Of a stretch of 51,683 bases of DNA, positions 12,596 through 23,542 are shown one piece after another. Below the pieces are notes generated by a model. That model was not told where the DNA came from, made no database searches, and was given only the letters and a program-made list of their open reading frames with translations. Both the position numbers and the translations under genes were made by a program. The number at the start of each line of letters is the position of its first letter. The first letter of the stretch is position 1. This DNA is from Bdellovibrionia bacterium (lineage in GTDB: Bacteria > Bdellovibrionota > UBA1018), in contig JBJMMA010000238.1 in assembly GCA_045805065.1 (NCBI GenBank), forward strand, positions 1 to 51,683, read 5' to 3'.

Positions 12596-15500
12596 TTACA
12601 GGATCTCGCCTTTAAGTTCTTTGTCCTCTTCCTCAATGAGCTCGACGTTGAGCGCCAAGCTTTGGAGTTCTTTGACAAGAACGTTGAAGGATTCTGGGAG
12701 ACCCGGCTCGAGAAGCTGTTCGCCCTTGACGATTGCTTCGTACATGCGGTTACGGCCAGTGACGTCGTCAGACTTCACAGTCAGGAATTCCTGGAGACCG
12801 TAAGCAGCACCGTAAGCTTCAAGTGCCCAGACTTCCATTTCCCCGAGACGTTGGCCACCGAACTGAGCCTTACCACCCAGCGGTTGCTGGGTAACGAGGC
12901 TGTATGGGCCGATGCTACGAGCATGGATCTTCTCTTCGACCAAGTGGTGGAGCTTGAGCATGTACATAATGCCCACAGTCACCTCTTCAGCGAACGGTTC
13001 ACCCGAAACGCCGTCGTAGAGAGTCGTCTGACCACGAGTTGGGAGTTCAGCGAGGTTCAGGACGCTTTCAATGTCCTTTTCCGTCGCGCCGTCGAACACT
13101 GGGGTTGCGAGGTGAACGCCCTGACGCAAGTGACGAGCCATCTTTTTGATTTCATCATCGGATGCGCCGTCGACAAACTTGTTCACTTCAGGATGGTTAT
13201 AAAGATCCTTCAGAACCTTACGAAGCTTATCGCCTTGGAACTGCTCCATGTAAGCATTGACCTTTTCGCCGATACCCCAGGCAGCCCAACCGAGAGTGAC
13301 TTCGAGGAGCTGACCGATGTTCATACGAGAAGGAACGCCCAGTGGGTTCAGAACCATGTCAACCGGCGTACCGTTTGCCATGAAAGGCATATCTTCCATA
13401 GGAAGGATACGGCTGATGACACCCTTGTTACCGTGGCGTCCTGCCATCTTGTCACCGACTTGGAGACGGCGCTTGATAGCAATCTGGACCTTCACCATCT
13501 TGATCACGCCTGGAGCGAGTTCATCACCGCGCTTCAGCTTGTCGGTCTTCTCTTTGAAGACGTAACGAACCGCTTCGATCTTCTCCTTAGCGGTCTTCAT
13601 GATCGTGGTGACTTCTTGTTCCAAATCTTCCTTCACTGGAATGAATCCAAGGAGGTCGAATGGAATTGCAGCCAAGGTATCGCGACTGAGTTGCTGACCC
13701 TTCTTGAGCAGCTCTTCAGAGCCGTCTTCAGAAAGGAGCTTACCGGTCGTCAACGTACCATCCAATGCCTTAGCGATCTTCGTGAAGGCCGATTGACGGA
13801 TTGCATCCGTTTCGATCTTCTCATCGCGGCGGATCTTGCTGATCTGCTCTTCGAGGATCTGCTTGGTGCGCTCATCCGGTTCCGTGCCTTCGCGAGCGAA
13901 GACTTGGGCGTTGATGACGATACCTTGCACGCCCGAAGGAACGCGCAGAGAGGTGTCGCGAACATCGCCGGCCTTCTCGCCGAAGATTGCGCGGAGGAGC
14001 TTCTCTTCAGGAGAGAGCTGGGTCTCACCCTTAGGAGTCACCTTACCGACCAAGATATCGCCCGGCTTCACTTCAGCGCCAATGCGGATGATACCGCTTT
14101 GGTCGAGGTCCTTGAGGGCCTCTTCGCCGACGTTTGGAATATCGCGGGTGATTTCTTCCTTACCAAGCTTCGTATCGCGGGCAACACACTCGAACTCTTC
14201 GATGTGAATCGAAGTGAAGGTGTCTTCCTTGATCAAACGCTCGGAGATCAGGATCGAGTCTTCGAAGTTGTAACCGCCCCAAGGCATGAACGCGACGAGC
14301 ACGTTTTGACCGAGAGCAAGTTCGCCAGCATCCGTACCTGGACCGTCCGCGAGGACGTCGCCAGCCTTCACCTTGTCGCCGACATTGACGACTGGGCGTT
14401 GGGTGACGCAGGTATTTTGGTTAGAACGCTGATACTTCGTCAGGTTGTAAATATCGACATCTGAACCGACATCGTCAGTCGCCTTCGTGTTCGAACGGCG
14501 GACAACGATCTTGGTACCGTCGACCATGATCACTTCACCTTCGTGCTTATTGACGATGATTTGACCAGAGTCACGAGCCACAACACGCTCGATGCCCGTA
14601 CCAACGAGCGGAGCATGTGTGCGGATCAGAGGCACAGCTTGACGTTGCATGTTCGAACCCATCAACGCGCGGTTAGCGTCGTCGTGCTCGAGGAACGGAA
14701 TCAACGAAGCAGCGATCGAAACCAGCTGGTTCGGAGAAACGTCCATGAGCTCGATATCGTCTGGGTTAACGAGTGCGAAGTCACCTTTACGACGAGCAGA
14801 GATCAGATCGCCCACGAGCTTACCAGTGCGGAGCGCCTCTGGCGAAACTTGAGCGATAATCTTGCTCTCTTCTTCCGTTGCGGTGAAGAACTTGATTTCA
14901 TCGGAAATCTTCTTGCCGCCGATTACGCGGTAAGGAGTTTCGATGAAGCCGAATTCGTTCACGCGAGCGTAAGTCGAAAGGCTGGCGATAAGACCGATGT
15001 TTGGACCTTCAGGAGTCTCAATCGGGCAGATACGACCGTAGTGGGTATTGTGAACGTCGCGAACTTCGAAGCCTGCGCGCTCACGAGTCAAACCACCTGG
15101 TCCGAGTGCTGACAAGCGGCGCTTGTGGGTCACTTCAGACAATGGATTGGTTTGATCCATGAACTGAGACAGCTGGCTGGATCCGAAGAATTCCTTCACC
15201 ACTGCCGAAACTGGCTTCTGGTTGATCAAGTCATGCGGCATGAGCGTTTCAATTTCTTGAATGCTCATACGTTCCTTGATCGCGCGTTCCATACGAACGA
15301 GACCAATACGATATTGGTTTTCGATCAACTCACCCACAGCGCGAACACGGCGGTTTCCAAGGTGATCGATATCGTCGATCGTGCCACGGCCGTTGTTCAA
15401 TTCGCAGAGGTAGTACAAGGTCGAAAGAATATCTTGCTTGGAGAGAATCGTGATCTCTGGCGAGATATTGTTTTCTGGGAACTTGTAATTCAACTTCAAG

Positions 15501-16732
15501 CGGCCGACGCGAGACAGGTCGTAGCGGTCAGCATTGAAGAAGAGGTTGTCGAAAAGCTGGCTAGCAGCTTCAATCGTCGGAGGATCACCCGGACGCATTC
15601 TCTTGTAGATTTCGATCAGAGCTTCTTCTGGGCTCGAAACCTTATCCAAGATCAGAGTTTCGCGAACGAAAGGACCATAGGAGAGGTTGTCCGTGAAGAT
15701 AACCTTAACTTCCTTAATGCCCTTATTGCGGAGCTCTTCAACCTTAGCTTCAGAGAGTTCCTGGTTACACTCGAGAAGAACTTCGCCGGTCTTTTCGTCG
15801 ACGATGTCTTCAGATGCAACACGACCAATGACTGCTTCAGCTGGGATCTCAAGGCGCTTAATTCCAGCGTCTTGAATCTTCTTGATAACAGCCTTCGTGA
15901 ACTTGCGATTCTTCTTAACGATCGCTTCGCCGGTCTTAGGATCAACGATATCTTCTTCAGCGCGTTGGCCGGAGAGGATTTCGAGATCAACCATCTTATA
16001 GAACTTGCCGTCTTTTTCGAAAGACAGGCGTTCAATGCGATAGAAGAAATTCAAGATCTCGTGATTGGACATGCCCATTGCGCGAAGAATAATCGTCGCA
16101 GGCAACTTACGCTTACGATCGATACGGGCGTAGAGGATGTCCTTATGGTCGAACTCGAAATCGAGCCAGGATCCGCGATGCGGAATGATACGAGCAGAGT
16201 ACAAGATCTTACCACTGGAGTGGCTCTTGCCCTGGTCATGGTCAAAAATGACGCCTGGTGAACGATGCAACTGGCTAACAATGACACGCTCGGTGCCATT
16301 GATGATGAAAGAACCAGCTTCAGTCATGAGCGGAATTTCGCCCATGTAAACTTCTTGTTCTTTGATGTCGCGGATGTTGCGAGTGCCAGCTTCCTCATCC
16401 ACATCGTAAACCACGAGGCGAACGGTAATTTTCAAAGGCGCCGCGAAGGTCATGCCGCGTTGACGGCACTCACCTACGTCGTATTTTGGGCGCTCAAGCG
16501 TATAGCTTTCAAATTCAAGGGAAGCGGTACGGTTAAAGTCCTCGATTGGGAATACCGACTTGAAAACCGCTTGCAAACCGACATTCTCGCGCTTCTGTGG
16601 AAGAGTGTCCGCTTGAAGGAACTTGTCGTAAGACTTGCGTTGAAGTTCAATCAGGTTCGGAATCTCGACCGGTGAAGCAATTTTGGAGAAGTCCTTGCGG
16701 ACACGGCGACTTTCCGAAAAAGGGGAGACCAT
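12596..16732 (-). CDS. rpoB: RNA polymerase beta subunit
   Basis: [47 protein letters not shown]. Confidence 0.99.
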   Translation of the reverse strand: MVSPFSESRRVRKDFSKIASPVEIPNLIELQRKSYDKFLQADTLPQKRENVGLQAVFKSVFPIEDFNRTASLEFESYTLERPKYDVGECRQRGMTFAAPLKITVRLVVYDVDEEAGTRNIRDIKEQEVYMGEIPLMTEAGSFIINGTERVIVSQLHRSPGVIFDHDQGKSHSSGKILYSARIIPHRGSWLDFEFDHKDILYARIDRKRKLPATIILRAMGMSNHEILNFFYRIERLSFEKDGKFYKMVDLEILSGQRAEEDIVDPKTGEAIVKKNRKFTKAVIKKIQDAGIKRLEIPAEAVIGRVASEDIVDEKTGEVLLECNQELSEAKVEELRNKGIKEVKVIFTDNLSYGPFVRETLILDKVSSPEEALIEIYKRMRPGDPPTIEAASQLFDNLFFNADRYDLSRVGRLKLNYKFPENNISPEITILSKQDILSTLYYLCELNNGRGTIDDIDHLGNRRVRAVGELIENQYRIGLVRMERAIKERMSIQEIETLMPHDLINQKPVSAVVKEFFGSSQLSQFMDQTNPLSEVTHKRRLSALGPGGLTRERAGFEVRDVHNTHYGRICPIETPEGPNIGLIASLSTYARVNEFGFIETPYRVIGGKKISDEIKFFTATEEESKIIAQVSPEALRTGKLVGDLISARRKGDFALVNPDDIELMDVSPNQLVSIAASLIPFLEHDDANRALMGSNMQRQAVPLIRTHAPLVGTGIERVVARDSGQIIVNKHEGEVIMVDGTKIVVRRSNTKATDDVGSDVDIYNLTKYQRSNQNTCVTQRPVVNVGDKVKAGDVLADGPGTDAGELALGQNVLVAFMPWGGYNFEDSILISERLIKEDTFTSIHIEEFECVARDTKLGKEEITRDIPNVGEEALKDLDQSGIIRIGAEVKPGDILVGKVTPKGETQLSPEEKLLRAIFGEKAGDVRDTSLRVPSGVQGIVINAQVFAREGTEPDERTKQILEEQISKIRRDEKIETDAIRQSAFTKIAKALDGTLTTGKLLSEDGSEELLKKGQQLSRDTLAAIPFDLLGFIPVKEDLEQEVTTIMKTAKEKIEAVRYVFKEKTDKLKRGDELAPGVIKMVKVQIAIKRRLQVGDKMAGRHGNKGVISRILPMEDMPFMANGTPVDMVLNPLGVPSRMNIGQLLEVTLGWAAWGIGEKVNAYMEQFQGDKLRKVLKDLYNHPEVNKFVDGASDDEIKKMARHLRQGVHLATPVFDGATEKDIESVLNLAELPTRGQTTLYDGVSGEPFAEEVTVGIMYMLKLHHLVEEKIHARSIGPYSLVTQQPLGGKAQFGGQRLGEMEVWALEAYGAAYGLQEFLTVKSDDVTGRNRMYEAIVKGEQLLEPGLPESFNVLVKELQSLALNVELIEEEDKELKGEIL

Positions 16733-16911
16733 GCTTGCTCCTTCTGTTGGCCTATAAGCTTATGGCAAAAGCCCTTTGGGCGCGACAAGAGCATCCGTTT
16801 TGTCTGCTTCGTCGATCCAAAAAGGCTGTACTAAATAAAAAGATGTAATCGAAACCGCACCCAGCCTACCTAATTTTTCAGGTAAAGCAAGGGCGCGGCA
16901 CGATTTTTGAG

Positions 16912-16942
16912 AAAAAATTGCCAGGCGCGAGCGCCCGGCAAT
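16912..16942 (-). terminator. intrinsic terminator/attenuator between rplL and rpoB
   Basis: minus strand ATTGCCGGGCG-CT-CGCGCCTGGCAAT hairpin followed by a T run. Confidence 0.75.
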
Positions 16943-16968
16943 ATATGAGAATAGCTGATGGCTTGAGA

Positions 16969-17355
16969 TTACTTGATCTCGACCTTAGCGCCTTCAGCTT
17001 CGAGCTTCTTCTTGATGTCTTCAGCTTCTTGCTTGCTGACGCCTTCCTTAAGGGTCTTAGGAGCGCCTTCGACGAGGTCCTTAGCTTCTTTCAAGCCGAG
17101 GCCGGTGATAGCGCGGACTTCCTTAATGACGTTGATCTTCTTGTCGCCGGAGACAGCGAGAACAACGTTGAACTCGGTCTTAGCTTCAGCAGCAGGACCT
17201 GCAGCAGCAGCGCCACCAGCAGCCATCATTGCAACTGGAGCAGCAGCAGAAACGCCGAACTTGGTTTCGAGTTCCTTAACGAGCTGAGAAAGCTCAAGAA
17301 CGGACATGTTTTCGATGAAAGAAACAACTTGTTCCTTAGAGATTGCGGTCGACAT
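16969..17355 (-). CDS. rplL: 50S ribosomal protein L7/L12
   Basis: [10 protein letters not shown] hinge, [12 protein letters not shown]. Confidence 0.98.
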   Translation of the reverse strand: MSTAISKEQVVSFIENMSVLELSQLVKELETKFGVSAAAPVAMMAAGGAAAAGPAAEAKTEFNVVLAVSGDKKINVIKEVRAITGLGLKEAKDLVEGAPKTLKEGVSKQEAEDIKKKLEAEGAKVEIK

Positions 17356-17475
17356 GGTATTACCTCTTACTTCGTTTTATTCTAGTCAGACTTGCGTCGG
17401 ACCTGGACATTTTTTAGCCCGGCTTGCGGCCTGGCGTGGTTACTTCGTTCAAACAACTTAATCAAAGACCTTGCA

Positions 17476-18015
17476 TCAGGCCTGAGATTCAGCCTTCTTC
17501 TTCTCCACAGCGGCCAACACTGTCACCAAGCTACGCGGCACAGCGGCAAGCACGCCCACGAAGTTCGTAATCGGAGCGTTGAGAGTACCCAACATCTTCG
17601 CGATAAGAACTTCTTTGCTCGGGAGTTTTGCAAGTTCTTCGACTCCAGACGCGTCGATTCGCTTGGTTCCCATGAGGCTTTCTTTGAGCTTAAGAGCCTC
17701 ATTATCTTGAGCAAACTTGTGAATAACTTTTGCGGCAGCAGCTGGATCGCCGTAAGCGAAAGCCACCATCGTTGGTCCAACAACGCCGTCCATCAAGCTC
17801 TTTGCTTCATCGCCCATCGAGCCGTCATTAGTCAAAAGACGAGCAACGTTGTTCTTGAGCACCTTGACTTCGGTGTTGTGGCTGCGGAGAGCGCGACGGA
17901 GATCATCCGCCTGCGTCGCAGTCAAACCTTTATAATCAGCGAAAATCGCAACTTGAGCCTTAGAGAACTTCTCCTTAAGCGCTGTTGCGAGTTCGGTTTT
18001 TTCTACACGATTCAT
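17476..18015 (-). CDS. rplJ: 50S ribosomal protein L10
   Basis: DYKGLT, KVLKNNV, LAKLPSKEVL; synteny. Confidence 0.97.
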   Translation of the reverse strand: MNRVEKTELATALKEKFSKAQVAIFADYKGLTATQADDLRRALRSHNTEVKVLKNNVARLLTNDGSMGDEAKSLMDGVVGPTMVAFAYGDPAAAAKVIHKFAQDNEALKLKESLMGTKRIDASGVEELAKLPSKEVLIAKMLGTLNAPITNFVGVLAAVPRSLVTVLAAVEKKKAESQA

Positions 18016-18062
18016 AGCACTACCCTTCTATTCGTTCTTTTGTAATCGTTACGCTCTAGGGC

Positions 18063-18797
18063 TTACGCAGAACCAGTGGATGACAGAACATCCATTGGAT
18101 CGACAGCGATACCAGGGCTCATCGTCGTCGAAAGGGTCACGTTCTTAAGATAGGTGCCCTTGCTGGTTGGTGGCTTCGCCTTGAGCAAAGCAGCCAAAAG
18201 AGTGTTGAAGTTGTCTCTCAGCTTTTGGGAGCCGAAAGATTTCTTTCCGAGAACGCAATGAACGATACCGGTTTTCTCAGTGCGATACTCGATCTTACCA
18301 AGCTTTTGTTCCTTAACAGCCTTAGCAACGTCGAAAGTCACGGTGCCAAGCTTAGGATTCGGCATCAAGCCGCGTGGGCCGAGAATCTTACCGATCTTAG
18401 AGACAGCAACCATCATATCTGGGGTTGCAATCATCTTGTCGAAATCCATCCAACCACCAGCGATACGCTCAATGAGGTCGTCAGATCCGACAACTTCTGC
18501 GCCTGCGGTTTCAGCTTCTTTTGCCTTATCGCCCTTAGCGAGAACAGCAACACGAACCGACTTGCCAATGCCGTGCGGAAGGACAAGAGCGCCACGCACC
18601 ATTTGGTCCGAGTGCTTCGGGTCAACGCCGAGATTCACAGCAACGTCAACGGTTTCGTCGAACTTTGCGAATGCGATTTGTGGAATGAGATCGAAAGCTT
18701 CAGAAACGGTGTACTTCTTTTCAGCTTGGATCTTAGAAAGAGCTTCAGAATACTTCTTGCCGTAGTTGCCTACGCGCTTCTTCTTTACTTCTGCCAT
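18063..18797 (-). CDS. rplA: 50S ribosomal protein L1
   Basis: [18 protein letters not shown]. Confidence 0.98.
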   Translation of the reverse strand: MAEVKKKRVGNYGKKYSEALSKIQAEKKYTVSEAFDLIPQIAFAKFDETVDVAVNLGVDPKHSDQMVRGALVLPHGIGKSVRVAVLAKGDKAKEAETAGAEVVGSDDLIERIAGGWMDFDKMIATPDMMVAVSKIGKILGPRGLMPNPKLGTVTFDVAKAVKEQKLGKIEYRTEKTGIVHCVLGKKSFGSQKLRDNFNTLLAALLKAKPPTSKGTYLKNVTLSTTMSPGIAVDPMDVLSSTGSA

Positions 18798-18808
18798 TTT
18801 GTACCTCG

Positions 18809-18840
18809 GTGGTTCAAACGCTGAAAAATCCAGCTCCCAC
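18809..18840 (-). promoter_or_regulatory. L1-binding autoregulatory RNA element in the rplK-rplA spacer
   Basis: minus strand GTGGGAG-CTGGATTTTTCAGC-GTTTGA-ACCAC directly before the rplA RBS, matching the known L1 operator shape. Confidence 0.7.
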
Positions 18841-18870
18841 TTTAAATCGAGCGCTTATGCGCTCAAAATC

Positions 18871-19296
18871 TTAGTCAGTAACAGTGATACCAGCACTACG
18901 TGCGGTACCAGCGATCGTGCGCATTGCAGCTTCGACGCTACCAGCATTCAAGTCTGGCATCTTGAGCTTTGCAATTTCTTCGACCTGCTTCTTGGTCACT
19001 TTACCGACCTTGGTCTTGTTAGGTTCGCCCGAACCCTTTTCAATCTTTGCTGCCTTCAGCAACAACACAGATGCCGGAGGAGTCTTAGTGATAAAAGTGA
19101 AGGAACGGTCAGAATAGACCGTAATGATGACCGGAATGATCATCCCCTTCTGGTCCTGCGTCTTAGCGTTGAACGCCTTGCAGAACTCCATGATGTTCAC
19201 ACCACGTTGACCGAGAGCCGGACCAACTGGTGGGGCGGGATTTGCTTGTCCGCCTGGAATTTGAAGCTTAATCTGACCAACAACCTTCTTTGCCAT
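18871..19296 (-). CDS. rplK: 50S ribosomal protein L11
   Basis: [22 protein letters not shown]. Confidence 0.98.
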   Translation of the reverse strand: MAKKVVGQIKLQIPGGQANPAPPVGPALGQRGVNIMEFCKAFNAKTQDQKGMIIPVIITVYSDRSFTFITKTPPASVLLLKAAKIEKGSGEPNKTKVGKVTKKQVEEIAKLKMPDLNAGSVEAAMRTIAGTARSAGITVTD

Positions 19297-19319
19297 AGGG
19301 GGCCCCTCTTAACACAGGC

Positions 19320-19868
19320 CTAAATTTTTTCAACCTGAATAAAATCGAGTTCAACCGGAGTAGAGCGACCAAAGATGCTTACAAGCACTTTGACCTTACC
19401 CTTATCCGGATTGACGTCTTCCACGACGCCGTTGAAATTGGAGAATGGTCCATCGATGACACGAACATTCTCGCCTTCGTGGAATGAGATCCGCGGACGA
19501 GGTTTGTTCTGACCTTCGGCAATCCGATTGGTCATCTTTTGAACGTCACTCTCCGGAACCGGAACCGGCTTAATCTTGTCACCGACAAAGCCAGTAATCT
19601 TCGGAGTATTTTTGACGATATGCCAAGTTTCGTCGGTTAGTACCATCTTCACCAGGATGTATCCAGGGAAGAAACGTCGCTTGGTCGTTTTCTTTTGGCC
19701 TTTGACCAGCTCAATAACGTTTTCTTCAGGAACAATAATTTCGCTGAAGAAAGGTTCTTTCTTTGCCGCCTTAATTCGCTCTTCGAGAGCAAGCTTAGCC
19801 TTATTTTCGTAGCCCGAATAAGTATGGACTACGTACCAAGACATTTCTCCCGTTTGCTGCGCTTCCAT
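19320..19868 (-). CDS. nusG: transcription termination/antitermination factor NusG
   Basis: [21 protein letters not shown] domain, [11 protein letters not shown]. Confidence 0.98.
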   Translation of the reverse strand: MEAQQTGEMSWYVVHTYSGYENKAKLALEERIKAAKKEPFFSEIIVPEENVIELVKGQKKTTKRRFFPGYILVKMVLTDETWHIVKNTPKITGFVGDKIKPVPVPESDVQKMTNRIAEGQNKPRPRISFHEGENVRVIDGPFSNFNGVVEDVNPDKGKVKVLVSIFGRSTPVELDFIQVEKI

Positions 19869-19890
19869 TTCGGCACCCCAAAACCTTTAT

Positions 19891-20265
19891 TTAAAGGACC
19901 CACTTCAAAAGAGTGGTCCACAGGTAGTCCAACATCCCTAGGACAACCCCGGAGATAACTACCATAATCAGAACGACCACAGTTGCCGACACGGTTTCCC
20001 GTTGCGTCGGCCAGGTCACTCTGGACAACTCTACCATCACTTCGTTCATGAATTGGTTAGCTTGCTCGTTCATATAAAGAACAGCAAACAAAACCGCTCC
20101 TACGAGAACCGAAATTCCGCGCAGGATAAGTTCGACATTATGAACGCGAGTTTCGAGATCATAAGCGCCGATGAACTTCGCGCCAAAGGCAAAAACAACA
20201 TAGCCAAGCAAAATGGCTACTGCCAAATAGCTTAAGTTCACCCACTTTTGATACTGACTTTCCAT
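19891..20265 (-). CDS. secE: preprotein translocase SecE (three-TM form)
   Basis: ELSRVTWPT motif; between tRNA-Trp and nusG; start set at MESQYQKW. Confidence 0.92.
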   Translation of the reverse strand: MESQYQKWVNLSYLAVAILLGYVVFAFGAKFIGAYDLETRVHNVELILRGISVLVGAVLFAVLYMNEQANQFMNEVMVELSRVTWPTQRETVSATVVVLIMVVISGVVLGMLDYLWTTLLKWVL

Positions 20266-20350
20266 AGCAGTCTCAGCAATCTCGATTTTGAATGTTGACG
20301 TCGGCCACATTTACTTCGGATCCCCTTATGGATTCATCCGACTGGTAAAC

Positions 20351-20426
20351 TGGCAGGGCAGGAGGGATTCGAACCCACAACCCACGGATTTGGAATCCGT
20401 TGCTCTACCGTTGGAGCTACTGCCCT
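20351..20426 (-). tRNA. tRNA-Trp(CCA)
   Basis: cloverleaf, anticodon loop TTCCAAA, CCA end; canonical position. Confidence 0.96.
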
Positions 20427-20461
20427 ATCGGTCAACCAAACCCGTAGACAAAAAATAAGGC

Positions 20462-20611
20462 TTATTTGCCTTCGCGGTGATTGGTATGTTTACGGCAGAA
20501 CTTGCAAAACTTTTTGAATTCGAGCTTATCCGTCGTCTTTTGTTTATTCTTGGTGGTGGAATAGTTACGACGCTTGCACTCGGTGCAATCCAAACTAACG
20601 ATAACGCGCAT
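20462..20611 (-). CDS. rpmG: 50S ribosomal protein L33, Zn-ribbon type (not in ORF track)
   Basis: hand translation [49 protein letters not shown]. Confidence 0.97.
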   Translation of the reverse strand: MRVIVSLDCTECKRRNYSTTKNKQKTTDKLEFKKFCKFCRKHTNHREGK

Positions 20612-20649
20612 ACTGACTACTTCTTTCTATGCGTAAAAAGTTTCCAAAC

Positions 20650-20677
20650 AAGGGGAGCCACCGAAGTGACTCCCCTT
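20650..20677 (-). terminator. stable UUCG-capped hairpin after tuf
   Basis: minus strand AAGGGGAGTCAC-TTCG-GTGGCTCCCCTT then GTTT. Confidence 0.6.
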
Positions 20678-20708
20678 CTCCGAAACTTAGGAACCAGCTC
20701 TAACGTTA

Positions 20709-21899
20709 TTACTCGATGATTTCAGCAACAACGCCAGCGCCGACGGTACGGCCGCCTTCGCGGATAGCGAAACGCAGTTCCTTTTCCATTGCGATTGGAG
20801 TGATGAGCTCAACTTCGATTGCAATGTTGTCGCCTGGCATAACCATTTCGACATCCTTAGGAAGCGTCACGACACCAGTTACGTCCGTAGTACGGAAGTA
20901 GAACTGAGGGCGATAGCCGTTGAAGAATGGGGTATGACGTCCGCCTTCTTCCTTGGTCAAAATATAAGCAGAACCCTTGAATTTCTTGTGAGGGGTCACG
21001 CTGCCGACGTGAGCCAAAACTTGGCCACGTTCAACTTCTTCTTTCTTCGTTCCACGAAGGAGAGCGCCGATGTTGTCACCAGCTTCACCTTGATCGAGGA
21101 GCTTACGGAACATTTCAACGCCGGTGACGGTGGTCTTGGTCGTTGGGCGGAGACCGATGATTTCGACTTCTTCGCCGACCTTGATCACGCCGCGCTCAAC
21201 ACGGCCGGTGACGACGGTTCCACGACCAGAGATCGAGAAAACGTCTTCGACAGGCATGAGGAATGGCTTGTCTTTTTCGCGCTTAGGTTGTGGGATGTAA
21301 GAATCGCAAGCTTCCATGAGCTTGAGAATTGCTTGTTCGCCCAGCTCGCCAGCATCGCCTTCCATAGCCTTAAGAGCAGAGCCCTTAACGACTGGAATTT
21401 CGTTGCCTGGGAACTTGTACGAGCTGAGAAGTTCGCGAACTTCCATTTCGACGAGATCAAGAAGTTCTGCGTCGTCAACCATGTCGCACTTGTTCAGGAA
21501 CACAACGATAGCCGGAACGCCGACCTGACGAGCAAGAAGGATGTGCTCGCGGGTTTGTGGCATTGGGCCGTCAGCAGCAGAAACGACGAGAATTGCGCCG
21601 TCCATCTGAGCAGCGCCGGTGATCATGTTCTTCACATAGTCAGCGTGGCCTGGGCAGTCGACGTGTGCGTAGTGGCGCTTGTCGGTTTGGTACTCGACGT
21701 GCGTCGTATTAATCGTAATACCACGCTCTCTTTCTTCTGGAGCGTTATCGATTTGGTCGTAAGCGCGAGCTTGTGCAAAGCCCTTCTTAGCCAAAACAGT
21801 GGTGATCGCCGCGGTCAGAGTGGTCTTACCGTGGTCGACGTGTCCAATCGTCCCAATGTTGCAATGGGGCTTTGACCGATCAAATTTTTCTTTCGACAT
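20709..21899 (-). CDS. tuf: elongation factor Tu
   Basis: [21 protein letters not shown]. Confidence 0.99.
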   Translation of the reverse strand: MSKEKFDRSKPHCNIGTIGHVDHGKTTLTAAITTVLAKKGFAQARAYDQIDNAPEERERGITINTTHVEYQTDKRHYAHVDCPGHADYVKNMITGAAQMDGAILVVSAADGPMPQTREHILLARQVGVPAIVVFLNKCDMVDDAELLDLVEMEVRELLSSYKFPGNEIPVVKGSALKAMEGDAGELGEQAILKLMEACDSYIPQPKREKDKPFLMPVEDVFSISGRGTVVTGRVERGVIKVGEEVEIIGLRPTTKTTVTGVEMFRKLLDQGEAGDNIGALLRGTKKEEVERGQVLAHVGSVTPHKKFKGSAYILTKEEGGRHTPFFNGYRPQFYFRTTDVTGVVTLPKDVEMVMPGDNIAIEVELITPIAMEKELRFAIREGGRTVGAGVVAEIIE

Positions 21900-21972
21900 A
21901 CTTCTCAGGCCTCCTAAGTCGCCGGATAGTTTGGTTAGGTTATTGCCGGAACCTACGACCGGTTTTAAAAAA

Positions 21973-22048
<76 letters not shown>

Positions 22049-22094
22049 CACTAACAAACTTCATAAACTCAATAACAGCTGCCCGAATCTAAAA

Positions 22095-22171
22095 TGGAGC
22101 GGGAAAAGGGACTCGAACCCTCAACCCTCGGCTTGGAAAGCCGATGCTCTAACCAATTGAGCTATTCCCGC
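22095..22171 (-). tRNA. tRNA-Gly(TCC)
   Basis: GCGGGAA acceptor, anticodon loop TTTCCAA, CCA end. Confidence 0.96.
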
Positions 22172-22307
22172 CCATAAAAAGACTGGATTCACTGCTTCTG
22201 AACTTCTGATGCGGTTACACTTAAACCAAAGATCGGAAATTCAGAACCTTTTTTTTGTTATCCCAGTCCTATCCCGCACTTTTTTCGCTTAAAAACTCAA
22301 AAAAAGA

Positions 22308-22393
22308 TGGTGGAGAGAGAAGGATTCGAACCTTCGAAGGCGTGAGCCGCCAGATTTACAGTCTGGTCCCGTTGGCCACTTGGGTATCTCTCC
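22308..22393 (-). tRNA. tRNA-Tyr(GTA)
   Basis: anticodon loop CTGTAAA, long variable arm, CCA end. Confidence 0.96.
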
Positions 22394-22438
22394 AACTGGA
22401 AAAACAAAAAATTTCGGAGCAATTCTCTATATTTAAAA

Positions 22439-22514
22439 TGGAGCTGGAGAAGGGACTCGAACCCACGACCTGCGGTTTACAAAACCGCTGCTCTACCAGC
22501 TGAGCTACTCCAGC
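22439..22514 (-). tRNA. tRNA-Thr(TGT)
   Basis: anticodon loop TTTGTAA, CCA end; Thr-Tyr-Gly-Thr-tuf order as in the tufB operon. Confidence 0.96.
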
Positions 22515-22783
22515 GCTCTGACCATTTTTCGCAGACTTAACATCACTACACGGAAATTCTTTTATTTTTAAGGAGTTGTTCGAACTTAAAACTCCAAAAA
22601 AAGGGCAAAGAATCCCATCCAGCTCTGTAGCCAGCGTATAGAGCAGGGAAAATTCCATCCTTTAAGGAAAATGTCAACGCTCGAATGCAGTCCGCTGAGG
22701 AAAGATCTCAGAAATATGAAGAAATAAAATGAGACGAATTGAGAATTGACAATGAAACGAGCGGCGATGAGAGTAACTCCCCT

Positions 22784-23452
22784 ATGAAATCACATACTCA
22801 TCGCATTAGCACCTTAGCAATTGTCTTCGGGCTCGCTCTGGCGGCCCTCACTCAGCCAATGAGCGCGCAAGCTGCTCAGGGCTCTCACACTAAGAAAGCT
22901 ACCGCTTCTGCCAAGGATTTTATCAATCCTACTTCTGAAGCGGCTGCAACCGCTGCCCCAGCAGCCGAACCGCACTATACGAGCCGCTCCGAAACTCGTT
23001 ATGGGCTTGGTCTCGCTAGCGCCTACAACCTGACTGCAAGCGACGCGGCTTTGACCGGCTGGATCGGTTTGACGCCTAAGTTCGGAATTCAACCTCTCCT
23101 TTCGATTGGCTCCACCAGCCCATTCAACTTTGCTGTCGGAGCACTCGGTAAGTACACGGTTGCTCAGCACGGCGCAGGCGGATTCCATCTGGGCGGCGGC
23201 GCTTCGTTCGGCTCCATTCATAATGGAAACACCAGCGGCGGCTTGCTCTTCGGAAACAGCGGTGGAAATGCGAAGTCCGGCTTCCACATGTCGTTGTCTG
23301 CTTTGGCTGGTATTCACTACGAAATGCCAAACACGAACATCATGATTCATTTCGATGGTGGCGCAAATTTCGGTTTGGTTGATGGCAACACCGACTTCAA
23401 CCTCGGTGCAATCGGCGGCCTGTTGGGCGCAAGCGTTATCTACGTTTTCTAA
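22784..23452 (+). CDS. putative small outer-membrane beta-barrel protein
   Basis: signal peptide ending AQA, Gly-rich alternating strands, C-terminal 'VIYVF'; start set at MKSHTH. Confidence 0.65.
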   Translation: MKSHTHRISTLAIVFGLALAALTQPMSAQAAQGSHTKKATASAKDFINPTSEAAATAAPAAEPHYTSRSETRYGLGLASAYNLTASDAALTGWIGLTPKFGIQPLLSIGSTSPFNFAVGALGKYTVAQHGAGGFHLGGGASFGSIHNGNTSGGLLFGNSGGNAKSGFHMSLSALAGIHYEMPNTNIMIHFDGGANFGLVDGNTDFNLGAIGGLLGASVIYVF

Positions 23453-23542
23453 ACCTACTCGAGTCGTTTAAAAATACAGGCGTCCAGGGTTTCGGGTGTT
23501 TTTTCCCGCTGACTCTGGACGCTTTGTTTTTTTCGGGACAAA

